From contig JAEYPH010000062.1 of the NCBI GenBank assembly GCA_023410875.1, positions 14,184 through 78,183 of the forward strand: a stretch of DNA of 64,000 nucleotides. The letters run 5' to 3'. The stretch comes from Bacillota bacterium (GTDB taxonomy: Bacteria; Bacillota; Clostridia; Christensenellales; UMGS416). The notes beneath the pieces were generated by a model. The model ran no database searches. It saw nothing but the letters and a program-made list of their open reading frames with translations, and was not told the DNA's origin. This document shows, one piece after another, positions 55,186 through 63,624 of this stretch (position 1 is the stretch's first letter; every line of letters starts with the position of its first letter). A program made the translations under genes and the position numbers.

Positions 55186-56324
55186 AGACCGTGGACGTGC
55201 TGCGCATCGCCGCAAGGGGCGCTCTGGGCAAAGGGGGCCTGCTGCCCACCGTGGGGATTGCCGCGTGCGTGTGCTGCCTATGCTTCGCCGGTGCGGGCAT
55301 GGTCAACGTGCGTCAAGAGCAGGCCTTACCCTGCGAACTGACGGTGGCGGCCGGGCAGGTCGGCCTTTCCTCCTCATCATCAGCGCAGCTGGAGCAAATC
55401 CCCGGTGTTGTGGCCGTTACGCCCACCGTGCAGTTCCAGGCGAAGCTGACAGCCGGCGAATACACAGCGAACCTGACCGTGACCGGCCTGCGGGGAGACT
55501 ATGTGAACCAGACGCTGCGGGAAGGCGTCTTATTTCCCGAGAACGCGGCAATGCCCTATCTGCTGCTGAGCCGAGCGGCGTGCGAGCAATTCCGCAAAGG
55601 CACGCTGGAATTTGGGAATGAAGAGCCCGACATCCGCTGGCTGGGCACCGGGCTGATCCTGCAATTGGGCGAAGGAAACAGCGTGTCCGCCCGGGTGTGC
55701 GGCATTCTCGACGGCAAAGCCGAGGAACAGCCGCCGCTGGTGCTGACGGACTATGAAAACGCGCAGGCGCTGCTGCGATCCGTGGGCCAGCCCGTGGACC
55801 CCCAGCAGATTCTCGTGCGCGTGCGGGGCAGCAGCGTCGCGCAACAGGTTGCGGAAAAGATCACAGGGCTGGGATACGCGGTGGCGCAGCCAAATGAGGG
55901 AATGGAACAGATCTGGGCTGCAGCCCGGAAGGAAGCCGGCTATCTGACCCTGCTGGGCGTGCTCTCCCTTTGCCTGGCGGTGTTACAGATGCGCGGTGCG
56001 AGGAAGCTGGCTTTGTGCCGGGGCCAGGGCGTTCTGTATGCTCTGGACTGGCTGGGAATGCGCCGTTCCACGCTGCGGAGGATCAACCTGACACGCACCC
56101 TGCTGACCGCGCTGTACGGCAATGCCCTTGGCCTGGTATTCCTTTCCATCCCCGCAATGATACAGCAGGACGTTGTGGCGGGCACCAGCTTCGCCCTGCC
56201 GGTGCCATGGTGGGTGTGGAGCTCCGGCTTCGCGCTGTCGTCGGTGCTCTTCATTGCCGCCAGTCAGATGAAGCAAAGTACAAACCTGCATCCTTTATCG
56301 GTGGGGGGAGGGGAGTATCTATGA
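55182..56324 (+). CDS. FtsX/MacB-type ABC permease
   Basis: 380 aa. TM1, an extracytoplasmic domain of about 230 aa, then three C-terminal TM segments. ATGA-coupled to the upstream gene. Confidence 0.7.
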   Translation: MKTVDVLRIAARGALGKGGLLPTVGIAACVCCLCFAGAGMVNVRQEQALPCELTVAAGQVGLSSSSSAQLEQIPGVVAVTPTVQFQAKLTAGEYTANLTVTGLRGDYVNQTLREGVLFPENAAMPYLLLSRAACEQFRKGTLEFGNEEPDIRWLGTGLILQLGEGNSVSARVCGILDGKAEEQPPLVLTDYENAQALLRSVGQPVDPQQILVRVRGSSVAQQVAEKITGLGYAVAQPNEGMEQIWAAARKEAGYLTLLGVLSLCLAVLQMRGARKLALCRGQGVLYALDWLGMRRSTLRRINLTRTLLTALYGNALGLVFLSIPAMIQQDVVAGTSFALPVPWWVWSSGFALSSVLFIAASQMKQSTNLHPLSVGGGEYL

Positions 56325-57367
56325 TCGATGATGCGCTTCAAGACACTTATATGAGAATTGACAGTGCGGTGATCGCCGCAAATCTGGAGGCGCTAAGGCG
56401 CCGAACCGGCAGCCGCATCATAGCGGTACTCAAGAACAATGGCTATGGGCTGTCCCTTGTGGATTATGCGCAGCTGTTGCACAGCCTTGGCATCGATTTT
56501 TTCGCGGTGGGAAGCGCGCAAGAGGCGCTGTGCTTGCGGCAAAATGGGATCGAGGCCGATGTGCTGGTGCTGACGCCGGAAACCTCGTGCACCAGATTGG
56601 CGGAACTTGCCACGCAGCAAATCACGCTGACCATTGGCAGCCTGGAGCAGGCGCAAGCCGTTCTATCCCTGGCCCATGGAGGGGAACCGCCGCCGGTGCA
56701 TGTCATGATCGACACGGGAATGGGGCGCTACGGGTTCACCGGACGGGAACTATCCGAATCCATTGATGTGCTCAAAGCACTGCGGATAACCGGCGTCTAC
56801 ACACACTTTTCCTCTCCCTACCGCAAGCCCGGTGTAACTGCCAGACAGTATCATGATTTTCTTCTTGCGATAAAAATATTTCGAGCCAATGGCGTGGTGC
56901 CGGGGATGCTGCACTGCTGCGCGTCCGGCGCCATGCTGCGGCATCCGGCGATGCACCTGGACGCCGTACGCATCGGATCAGCCCTACTGGGCAGAGTGCC
57001 ACGGGCCCAAGCATATGCCCTGCGGGACGCCGTGTGCCTGGTCGCGCCGGTCGTCGAAACCAGGAGGATAACCGGCCGATGCCGGATGGGATACAACGGG
57101 GGAATCCGTATCAAAAGCCCGACGAAAATCGGGATCGTAAATGCCGGTGTCGTCCATGGATATGCCTGGCAGAAACGGTTTTTCGGGTTGCTGCCAGCAA
57201 AGCAGTATGCGGTTGTGGATGATCGGAGAGTACCCATTTTGGGACCGTTGGGCGCCAATGCGTTGGCGCTGGACCTCACGGACGTTGCCTGCGATGGGAG
57301 CGCGGCTGTCCGCCTGCCCGTCAACCCCATCTATTGCACACAAAATATTGACCGCAGGTTCGTATAA
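56321..57367 (+). CDS. alanine racemase-fold (fold-type III PLP) protein
   Basis: 348 aa. IIAVLKNNGYGLS aligns with the Alr PLP-lysine motif AVVKANAYGHG. Also HVMIDTGMGRYGF and GVYTHFS. ATGA-coupled to the FtsX-like gene. Confidence 0.7.
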   Translation: MIDDALQDTYMRIDSAVIAANLEALRRRTGSRIIAVLKNNGYGLSLVDYAQLLHSLGIDFFAVGSAQEALCLRQNGIEADVLVLTPETSCTRLAELATQQITLTIGSLEQAQAVLSLAHGGEPPPVHVMIDTGMGRYGFTGRELSESIDVLKALRITGVYTHFSSPYRKPGVTARQYHDFLLAIKIFRANGVVPGMLHCCASGAMLRHPAMHLDAVRIGSALLGRVPRAQAYALRDAVCLVAPVVETRRITGRCRMGYNGGIRIKSPTKIGIVNAGVVHGYAWQKRFFGLLPAKQYAVVDDRRVPILGPLGANALALDLTDVACDGSAAVRLPVNPIYCTQNIDRRFV

Positions 57368-57405
57368 CCCATCGTCAAAGCCGCCGTCCGGGCTTTCATC
57401 CGCCG

Positions 57406-58647
57406 TCAGCCCTCGCGCGCAGCCTTGCTCATCGCCGCGGTGCTGCTGTACCACTCCAGCGCATCCACATAGATATGCGCCACATCGTCCATGCACAGCT
57501 GCAGGCCTGCTGCCAGCGTCGCGGCTTCGTCGAATTCACCCTGCTCATAGTGGAGCATCAAGGCATAGGTTCTGCCCAGCGGAGAGGAGAGGTCGCCGCG
57601 GATCAGGATGGCCTTGATCGTATCGGAAAGATTCAGGCAGCCCAGCAGGCTTTGGAAGGTGCAGCCGGTCAGCGCATCCAGCAGCGAGAACAGGCCCAGC
57701 AGCGCGTACTCGGCGCTTTGCCCGGCTTGCCCGGCGCGCCGTGCCAACAGGTCCAGGAACGTGGAGCGGATCAGAGAATGGGAAATCAGCACGTCCGGCT
57801 TGTTCCTGGCCAGGCGGGACAGCACCGACATGTTGACCCATTTGCGCACGCCTTCCATCCCCAGCATCACCACGGCGTCCTTCACCGACGAGAGCTTGTT
57901 GCGCCGGGCGTAGTAGGCGGAATTGACGAGCTTGATCGTGTCCAGCGAGAAGGCCACATCGCTTTCTATGGCGCTGATGATCTTGCCGAAGTCCGGCGAG
58001 GGTTCGTGGATGGCCTGCATCAGCTGCACATAGGCCATCTTGGTGGGCTGCACGGCCTTGGCGCTCAACGTGACCGGCCGGGCAAAAAAATAGCCCTGGA
58101 ACAGGTCGTAACCCAGCTTCATCGCGTGGACGAATTCGGCCTCGGTCTCCACCTTTTCGGCCAGAAAGCACAGCTTTCTGCTGCGATAGCGCTCGATGAT
58201 GGCCTGCTGCTGGCCGGCGTCGTTGGCTCGGAAATCCACCTTGATGACATCGGCCAGCTCCACCAGCGCGTCATAGCCCGGCTGCAGCACGTAATCGTCC
58301 AGCGCCAGCGTGTATCCAGCGGCCTTGAGCGCCCGGCACGCGGTCAGCACCTCCTCGGTGGGCTCCACGGTCTCCAGAATTTCCACGACGACTTGCTCGC
58401 GGGGCAGCAGCATCGGCACACCCTGCACCAGCAGGCAGGCGGTGAAGTTGATATAGGCCATCGTGTCGTCGGCCAGCACGTCCAGCCCATAGGACAAAAA
58501 GGCGCTGGTGATGACGCAGGAGGTCGCGTAGTCGCCATCTTGGGCGGTGTAGGCGCAAGCCTCGGGGGATTCCCGGTGCAGCAGCTCATAGGCGACGATG
58601 CTCTTGCGCCTGTTGAAGATGGGCTGCCTGGCAACATGCAACTGCAT
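57406..58647 (-). CDS. EAL plus HDOD domain protein, paralog A (EAL metal ligands retained)
   Basis: 413 aa from MQLHVARQPIF (GAGGAG RBS). YELLHR, INFT, EILET, LALDDY, IKVDF, AEKVET, and FQGYFF, followed by an HDOD region. Confidence 0.8.
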   Translation of the reverse strand: MQLHVARQPIFNRRKSIVAYELLHRESPEACAYTAQDGDYATSCVITSAFLSYGLDVLADDTMAYINFTACLLVQGVPMLLPREQVVVEILETVEPTEEVLTACRALKAAGYTLALDDYVLQPGYDALVELADVIKVDFRANDAGQQQAIIERYRSRKLCFLAEKVETEAEFVHAMKLGYDLFQGYFFARPVTLSAKAVQPTKMAYVQLMQAIHEPSPDFGKIISAIESDVAFSLDTIKLVNSAYYARRNKLSSVKDAVVMLGMEGVRKWVNMSVLSRLARNKPDVLISHSLIRSTFLDLLARRAGQAGQSAEYALLGLFSLLDALTGCTFQSLLGCLNLSDTIKAILIRGDLSSPLGRTYALMLHYEQGEFDEAATLAAGLQLCMDDVAHIYVDALEWYSSTAAMSKAAREG

Positions 58648-58706
58648 GGGCGACTCCTCGCGATCTTCCGGCGCCATTGCCGGTTCTATTGTGTTTTGCT
58701 GTGAGA

Positions 58707-59948
58707 TCAGCCTGGCTGGTTGGCAGCCTGCTTGAGCCAAATGTGGTCGTTGTACCATCGCAGGGATTGGATATAGACATCGGCAACGGTGTCCATCGGC
58801 ACACCCAGCGCCTGCGCATAGGCGGCGGCGCCTTCCCAGTCTCCGCGCTCGTAGCTCTGCATCAGCGCATAGGCGCCGGCCATGGCAGAATTTTTCTCTG
58901 TCTGCAGCAGCACAGCCTTGACCTCTTCGGAGATGTTGAGGCTGGTCAGCATCTTGTCAAAGGGACAGCTGGTCAGAGCGTCCAGCAGCGAGAAAAGCCC
59001 CAGCATGTAGAACTCCGGCGCGCGCCGGTGCAAGCCCAGCGCGCGGGCCAGCAGCTCCAGGAATTTGGAACGGATCAGCGATGTGCTCACCAGCACGTCG
59101 GGCTTGTTCTTGCCCAGCTTGGTCAGCGTGGAAAGCGTGATCCATTTGCGCACGCCCTCTATGCCCAATGTCACGATGGCCTGTTTGACCGAATAGATCT
59201 TGTAGCGCCGGGCGAAGTAGGCTGAGTTCACGAGCTTGATGGTCTCCAGCGACATGGCAACGTCGTTCTCTATGGCCACGATGATGCTCTGGAAATCCGG
59301 TTGTTCCTCGTTGACCGCCCGGATAAGCTGGATGTAGCCCAATTTGCTGATCGGTATGGTGCTGGCGGTGTAGATGACCGGATGGGCGAAGAAATAGCCC
59401 TGAAACAGCGAATACCCCATGATTTGCGCCGCGTCGAAAGCCGCATCGGATTCCACGCGCTGCGCGAGGAAGCGGGTGCTGCCATGCCGGGCGGCCAAAA
59501 GAGCCCGTTGGTCAGCCAGCGAACAATGCTGCACGTTGACTTTGATGATGTCCGCCAGAGTGAGCAGCCGGCTTTGGCTGTGTTCGGCGGTGAAGTTGTC
59601 CAGCGCGATTGTGTAGCCGGCGGATTTCAGCTTGCAGGCGGCGTCGTAGGCATCATCACTCTGCAGCACATCGGGGGAGAGCTCTATGCCCAGCTGCTCG
59701 TGGGGAAGCAGCGTGGGGATGCCCTGGGTCAGCAGAAACGGCGTGAAGTTGACATAGGCCATCTTGCCCTCGGTCAGCATGTCCAGGCCCAGCGTCAGAA
59801 AGCCGCTGGTCAGCACGCTGGAGGTGGCCTGGTCGTCGTCTTCAGCCTCGTAACGATTGGTGTTCTGGCTGCCCCTGTGCAGCAGCTCATAGGCCACAAC
59901 GTTTCTGGAAGCATCAAAAATAGGCTGGCGCGCCACATGCAAGTCCAT
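58707..59948 (-). CDS. EAL plus HDOD domain protein, paralog B (EAL motifs partly degenerate)
   Basis: 413 aa from MDLHVARQPIF. YELLHR and VNFT are retained. The other motifs read IELSP (not ELTE-like), IALDNF (DD to DN) and IKVNV (KxD to KxN). Confidence 0.8.
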   Translation of the reverse strand: MDLHVARQPIFDASRNVVAYELLHRGSQNTNRYEAEDDDQATSSVLTSGFLTLGLDMLTEGKMAYVNFTPFLLTQGIPTLLPHEQLGIELSPDVLQSDDAYDAACKLKSAGYTIALDNFTAEHSQSRLLTLADIIKVNVQHCSLADQRALLAARHGSTRFLAQRVESDAAFDAAQIMGYSLFQGYFFAHPVIYTASTIPISKLGYIQLIRAVNEEQPDFQSIIVAIENDVAMSLETIKLVNSAYFARRYKIYSVKQAIVTLGIEGVRKWITLSTLTKLGKNKPDVLVSTSLIRSKFLELLARALGLHRRAPEFYMLGLFSLLDALTSCPFDKMLTSLNISEEVKAVLLQTEKNSAMAGAYALMQSYERGDWEGAAAYAQALGVPMDTVADVYIQSLRWYNDHIWLKQAANQPG

Positions 59949-60035
59949 AGGATACCCCTGATATGATTGCTTCCCTCTATATACCACGAAAGAATAGAGG
60001 TAAACCCATCAAACAGGAATTATCCTTTATAAGAA

Positions 60036-60066
60036 GAACCGGCCGTTCCAAGCGGAAGGCCGGTTC
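60036..60066. terminator. hairpin between the EAL paralog promoter side and the SPT-like gene end
   Basis: GAACCGGCC-13 nt-GGCCGGTTC, 18 nt beyond the stop at 60084. Confidence 0.4.
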
Positions 60067-60083
60067 CAATGAAAACAGTTGAT

Positions 60084-61259
60084 TTACACTTTGGCAAACA
60101 CGCGTTTGAAGGCTTCCACAGCCTCGTCCATCTGGGCGCGGGTGTGGGTCGCGGTGTAGCTGGTGCGCAGCATGCACTGGCCCTGGGGCACCGCCGGCGG
60201 GATCACCGGGTTCACATAAACGCCTTCGTCGAAGAGCATCTTCGTGATCAGGAACGTGCGGTTCATGTCGTAGGTGTATATGGGGATGATGGCGGTGTTG
60301 CCGTCTACGATCGGGATGCCTGCATCCTTGAGGCGGGCGCGCATATAGCTGGCGATGTCGATGAGGGCCTTGGCCCGCTGGGGCTCGCTGCGGATGATGC
60401 GCAGCGCCGCCAGCGCCGCCGCCGCGTTGGCCGGCGGGATGGAAGCGCTGAAGATGAAGGGCCGGCTCTTGTGCTTGATATAGTCGATGACTTTCCTGCT
60501 GGCGGCCACGCAGCCGCCCAGCGACGCCAGCGATTTCGAGAACGTCGTCATGATCAGGTCCACTTCGTCGTCCAGGCCGAAGTGGGAGGCCGTGCCACGG
60601 CCGCAGTCGCCCACCATGCCCACGCCGTGGGCGTCGTCCACCATGACGCGAGCGCCGTATTTGCGGGCGATGCGGATGATGTCCGGCAGCTTGGCCAGGT
60701 CACCGCTCATGGAGAACACGCCGTCGGTGATCACGAGCTTGCCGGCCTCCTCGGGCAGGCGGGCCAACGTCTCCTCCAGGTCGGCCATGTCGCTGTGGCG
60801 GTATTTCAGGCTCTTCTTTGCGAAGCTCAGGCGGCAGGCGTCCACGATGCTGGCGTGGTTTTCCTCATCGTTGATGATGTAATCATGCCAGCCCATCAGC
60901 GTGGACACGATGCCCAGGTTGGTCTGGAAGCCTGTGCTGTACGTCAGCGCCGCGTCCTTGTGAAAGAAGTCGGCCAGTTCCGTTTCCAGCTGCTCGTGGA
61001 GCACCAGCGTGCCGTTGAGGAATCGGGACCCAGAGCAGCCGGTGCCGTATTGGTCCAGCGCGTCCTTGGCGGCCTGCACCGTGCGCGGGTCATGGGTCAA
61101 GCCCATATAGTTGTTGGAGCCGATCATGATGATGCGCTTGCCGTCGATGACGACCTCGGTATCCTGGGCGGTTTGCAGCGCATGGAAATAAGGATACAGC
61201 CCGGACGCTCTGGCGTCCTCAGCCTCGGTGTAGTTGAAACAACGCTCGAAGATGTCCAT
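60084..61259 (-). CDS. alpha-oxoamine synthase, serine-palmitoyltransferase-like
   Basis: 391 aa from MDIFERC (AGGAGGAG RBS). GSNNYMGLTHDP, GCSGSRFLNGT, DEENHASI, VMVDDAHG and PLP-lysine TFSKSLASLGG. Closer by eye to SPT than to KBL or BioF. Confidence 0.75.
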   Translation of the reverse strand: MDIFERCFNYTEAEDARASGLYPYFHALQTAQDTEVVIDGKRIIMIGSNNYMGLTHDPRTVQAAKDALDQYGTGCSGSRFLNGTLVLHEQLETELADFFHKDAALTYSTGFQTNLGIVSTLMGWHDYIINDEENHASIVDACRLSFAKKSLKYRHSDMADLEETLARLPEEAGKLVITDGVFSMSGDLAKLPDIIRIARKYGARVMVDDAHGVGMVGDCGRGTASHFGLDDEVDLIMTTFSKSLASLGGCVAASRKVIDYIKHKSRPFIFSASIPPANAAAALAALRIIRSEPQRAKALIDIASYMRARLKDAGIPIVDGNTAIIPIYTYDMNRTFLITKMLFDEGVYVNPVIPPAVPQGQCMLRTSYTATHTRAQMDEAVEAFKRVFAKV

Positions 61260-61460
61260 GAAACTCCTCCTGATTGATGAAAGATGAATGATGCGGATAT
61301 TGAACGCATTATACCACAACAACCATGCAACACCAACAATACGGATGCGTTTGGGCGGAAAACACCTTGAATTTCGCCGATTGTCACCTTATCATGTGGG
61401 ATATTGTATATTGTGGCTTGCGGCGCGCGTATAACCGCCCGCGCCGCGGGGGAGGCAAGC

Positions 61461-62267
61461 ATGGAGAACAGGAGGGTTGCGCTGGTTACCGGCGCGTCCG
61501 GCGGCATCGGCCAGGCTGTGGCGCGGGGCATGGCGCGGGAGGGCTGGCGTGTGTACGGCACCTCGCGCGGCGTGGCCGTCGGCGAGGTCGTCGAGGGGAA
61601 CGGCATCGCGATGGTGCGTATGGATGTGACCGACGACGAATCGGTGTCGGCTGCCGTGGCCCTGGTCCTGGTCCGGGAGGGACGGCTGGACGCCGTGGTC
61701 AACAACGCCGGCAGCGGCATCGCCGGCGCCATAGAAGACACCAGCGCCGCCGAGGCCATCGCCCAGTTCGACGCCAATTTTTTTGGCGTCGTGCGGGTGT
61801 GCCGTGCCACGCTGCCTCATCTGAACAAGACCGGCGGCATCATCATTAACATCAGTTCCGTGGCGGCGGCCACGCCCATCGCCTATCAGGCCATGTACAG
61901 CGCCAGCAAGGCGGCGCTGGAGGCGCTGTCGGCGGCGCTGCGCATAGAGGTTGCCCCTCAGGGCGTGCGGGTGACCAGCGTGCTGCCCGGCGACACGCGT
62001 ACTGGCTTCACCATAGCCCGGCGGCTGACGGCCACAGTCAGCCCCCATCACGAGGCGCGGCTGCGCCGGTCCCTTAAGCGCATGGAGCATGACGAGCAGA
62101 ACGGCGCACCGCCGCAGGCTGTGGCCGCCGTCGTGTGCCGGATGGCCCGTCGCGGCCACCCGCCGGTTCGCGTGGCCGTGGGCGCGTTCTATAAGCTGGT
62201 GTTGTTTTTGAAGCGTCTGCTGCCCGACCGCACGTTCAACTGGATACTGGGGCTGCTCTATGGTTGA
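61461..62267 (+). CDS. SDR family oxidoreductase
   Basis: TGASGGIGQA cofactor motif, NNAG, and catalytic YSASKAAL. Divergent from the SPT-like gene. Confidence 0.85.
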   Translation: MENRRVALVTGASGGIGQAVARGMAREGWRVYGTSRGVAVGEVVEGNGIAMVRMDVTDDESVSAAVALVLVREGRLDAVVNNAGSGIAGAIEDTSAAEAIAQFDANFFGVVRVCRATLPHLNKTGGIIINISSVAAATPIAYQAMYSASKAALEALSAALRIEVAPQGVRVTSVLPGDTRTGFTIARRLTATVSPHHEARLRRSLKRMEHDEQNGAPPQAVAAVVCRMARRGHPPVRVAVGAFYKLVLFLKRLLPDRTFNWILGLLYG

Positions 62268-62277
62268 GGAGGTAAAC

Positions 62278-63465
62278 ATGCACAGAGTTCCGCGTGAGGA
62301 GCTGCAGCGGCATATGGCCGCTTTTTTGGCACAGATGGACGCCCGCTGCCCCGATTGGCAGGCGGCGCTGGTCACCAGCCGCGTCAACCAGTATTATCTG
62401 ACCGGCTGCATGCAGGATGGGCTGCTGGTCATCCGCCGGGGGGAGCAGCCGGTGTTCTTCGTGCGACGCAGCTTGGAGCGCGCCCGCGAGGAATCGTTCT
62501 TTGAGCCTATACTGCCCATGGAGAGCTACCGCGACGCCGCGGCGGCCGCGCCGCTGGGCGCGCAGGCCGTGCACATGGAGGTGGAGACCACGCCGCTGGC
62601 CATGGCGCAGCGGCTGCAGAAGGCCTTCGGTTTTGCCCAGGCGCTGCCCATGGACGCCGCTCTGAGCTATGCCCGTGCTGTGAAAACCCCTTATGAGCGC
62701 GAGCTCTTGGAACGCTCCGGCGCTATACACCGCCGGGTCATGGTGGAGCGTGTGCCGGCGTTGCTGCGCGAGGGCATCAGCGAGGCCGATCTGGCCATGG
62801 CCATCTATACGGAGCTTGTGGACGCCGGCCACCACGGCGTCAGCCGTTTCGGCATGTTCGGCGCGGAATTCGCCGTGGGACAGCTGGCCTTTGGGGAACA
62901 TTCGCTGGCCGGCACCAGCTTCAACGGCCCTGGCGGCTCGGTGGGCCTGACCACCGCGGCGCCGGTGCTGGGCAGCCGGGAGCGCCGCCTGCGCCGCGGC
63001 GATCTGGTGTTTATCGATGTGGGCTGCGGTGTGGAGGGCTACCATACCGACTGCACGATGACCTATGTGTTCGGCGGCAAGCCGCCGAGGCAGGCCGTGC
63101 AGGCCGACGCCGCCTGCGCCGCCATCGAGGAGCAGGTTGCCCGAATGCTGCGGCCGGGGCATACGCCCGAGGGCATCTACCGCGCCGTAATGTCCGGCCT
63201 GGATGAGGATTTCCAGCGCGACTTCATGGGCTTTGGCGCCCGGCGGGTCAAGTTCCTGGGCCACGGCGTGGGGCTGCTGATCGACGAGCTGCCGGTGCTG
63301 GCCGAGGGCTTCCGCGAGCCCATCCTGGCGGGCATGGCCTTCGCCGTGGAGCCCAAAAAGGGCATTGCTGGCTTTGGCATGGTGGGCCGGGAAAATACGT
63401 TTTTAGTGGGAAAAGATGAGACGCGCTGCCTGACAGGGCTGTCTGAAACGCTGATTGTTGTCTAG
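62278..63465 (+). CDS. M24-family metallopeptidase (Xaa-Pro aminopeptidase-like)
   Basis: 395 aa. Creatinase-like N-domain and pita-bread C-domain with DVGCGVEGYHTDCTMT, HGVGL and FAVEP. Confidence 0.8.
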   Translation: MHRVPREELQRHMAAFLAQMDARCPDWQAALVTSRVNQYYLTGCMQDGLLVIRRGEQPVFFVRRSLERAREESFFEPILPMESYRDAAAAAPLGAQAVHMEVETTPLAMAQRLQKAFGFAQALPMDAALSYARAVKTPYERELLERSGAIHRRVMVERVPALLREGISEADLAMAIYTELVDAGHHGVSRFGMFGAEFAVGQLAFGEHSLAGTSFNGPGGSVGLTTAAPVLGSRERRLRRGDLVFIDVGCGVEGYHTDCTMTYVFGGKPPRQAVQADAACAAIEEQVARMLRPGHTPEGIYRAVMSGLDEDFQRDFMGFGARRVKFLGHGVGLLIDELPVLAEGFREPILAGMAFAVEPKKGIAGFGMVGRENTFLVGKDETRCLTGLSETLIVV

Positions 63466-63624
63466 ACAGGAGTTCTGACTGCTTGTAATGCTGGGTGATT
63501 ATTGGGTATAAAAACGTTTACACGTTCAATGTTCATATATTGACCGTGGTTTCTTGCCTTTATGCACTTATGCGTTTATAATGGATGCGCTTACGTCCAT
63601 CTATCGTTGAAAGGGGTTCGCCAT

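Noticed and set aside
53671-55215. 514-aa ORF on the minus strand
   Set aside because: It runs antisense to the secreted CARDB-like protein gene, which has a signal peptide, linker, domains and anchor. It is a shadow ORF.
46887-57367. Van-type glycopeptide resistance cluster (two-component system plus racemase)
   Set aside because: There is no D-Ala-D-X ligase, VanH dehydrogenase or VanX/VanY peptidase, and the racemase-fold protein lacks the VanT membrane domain.
60069-61277. 402-aa ORF on the plus strand
   Set aside because: It runs antisense to the alpha-oxoamine synthase gene, which carries the PLP-lysine motif. It is a shadow ORF.
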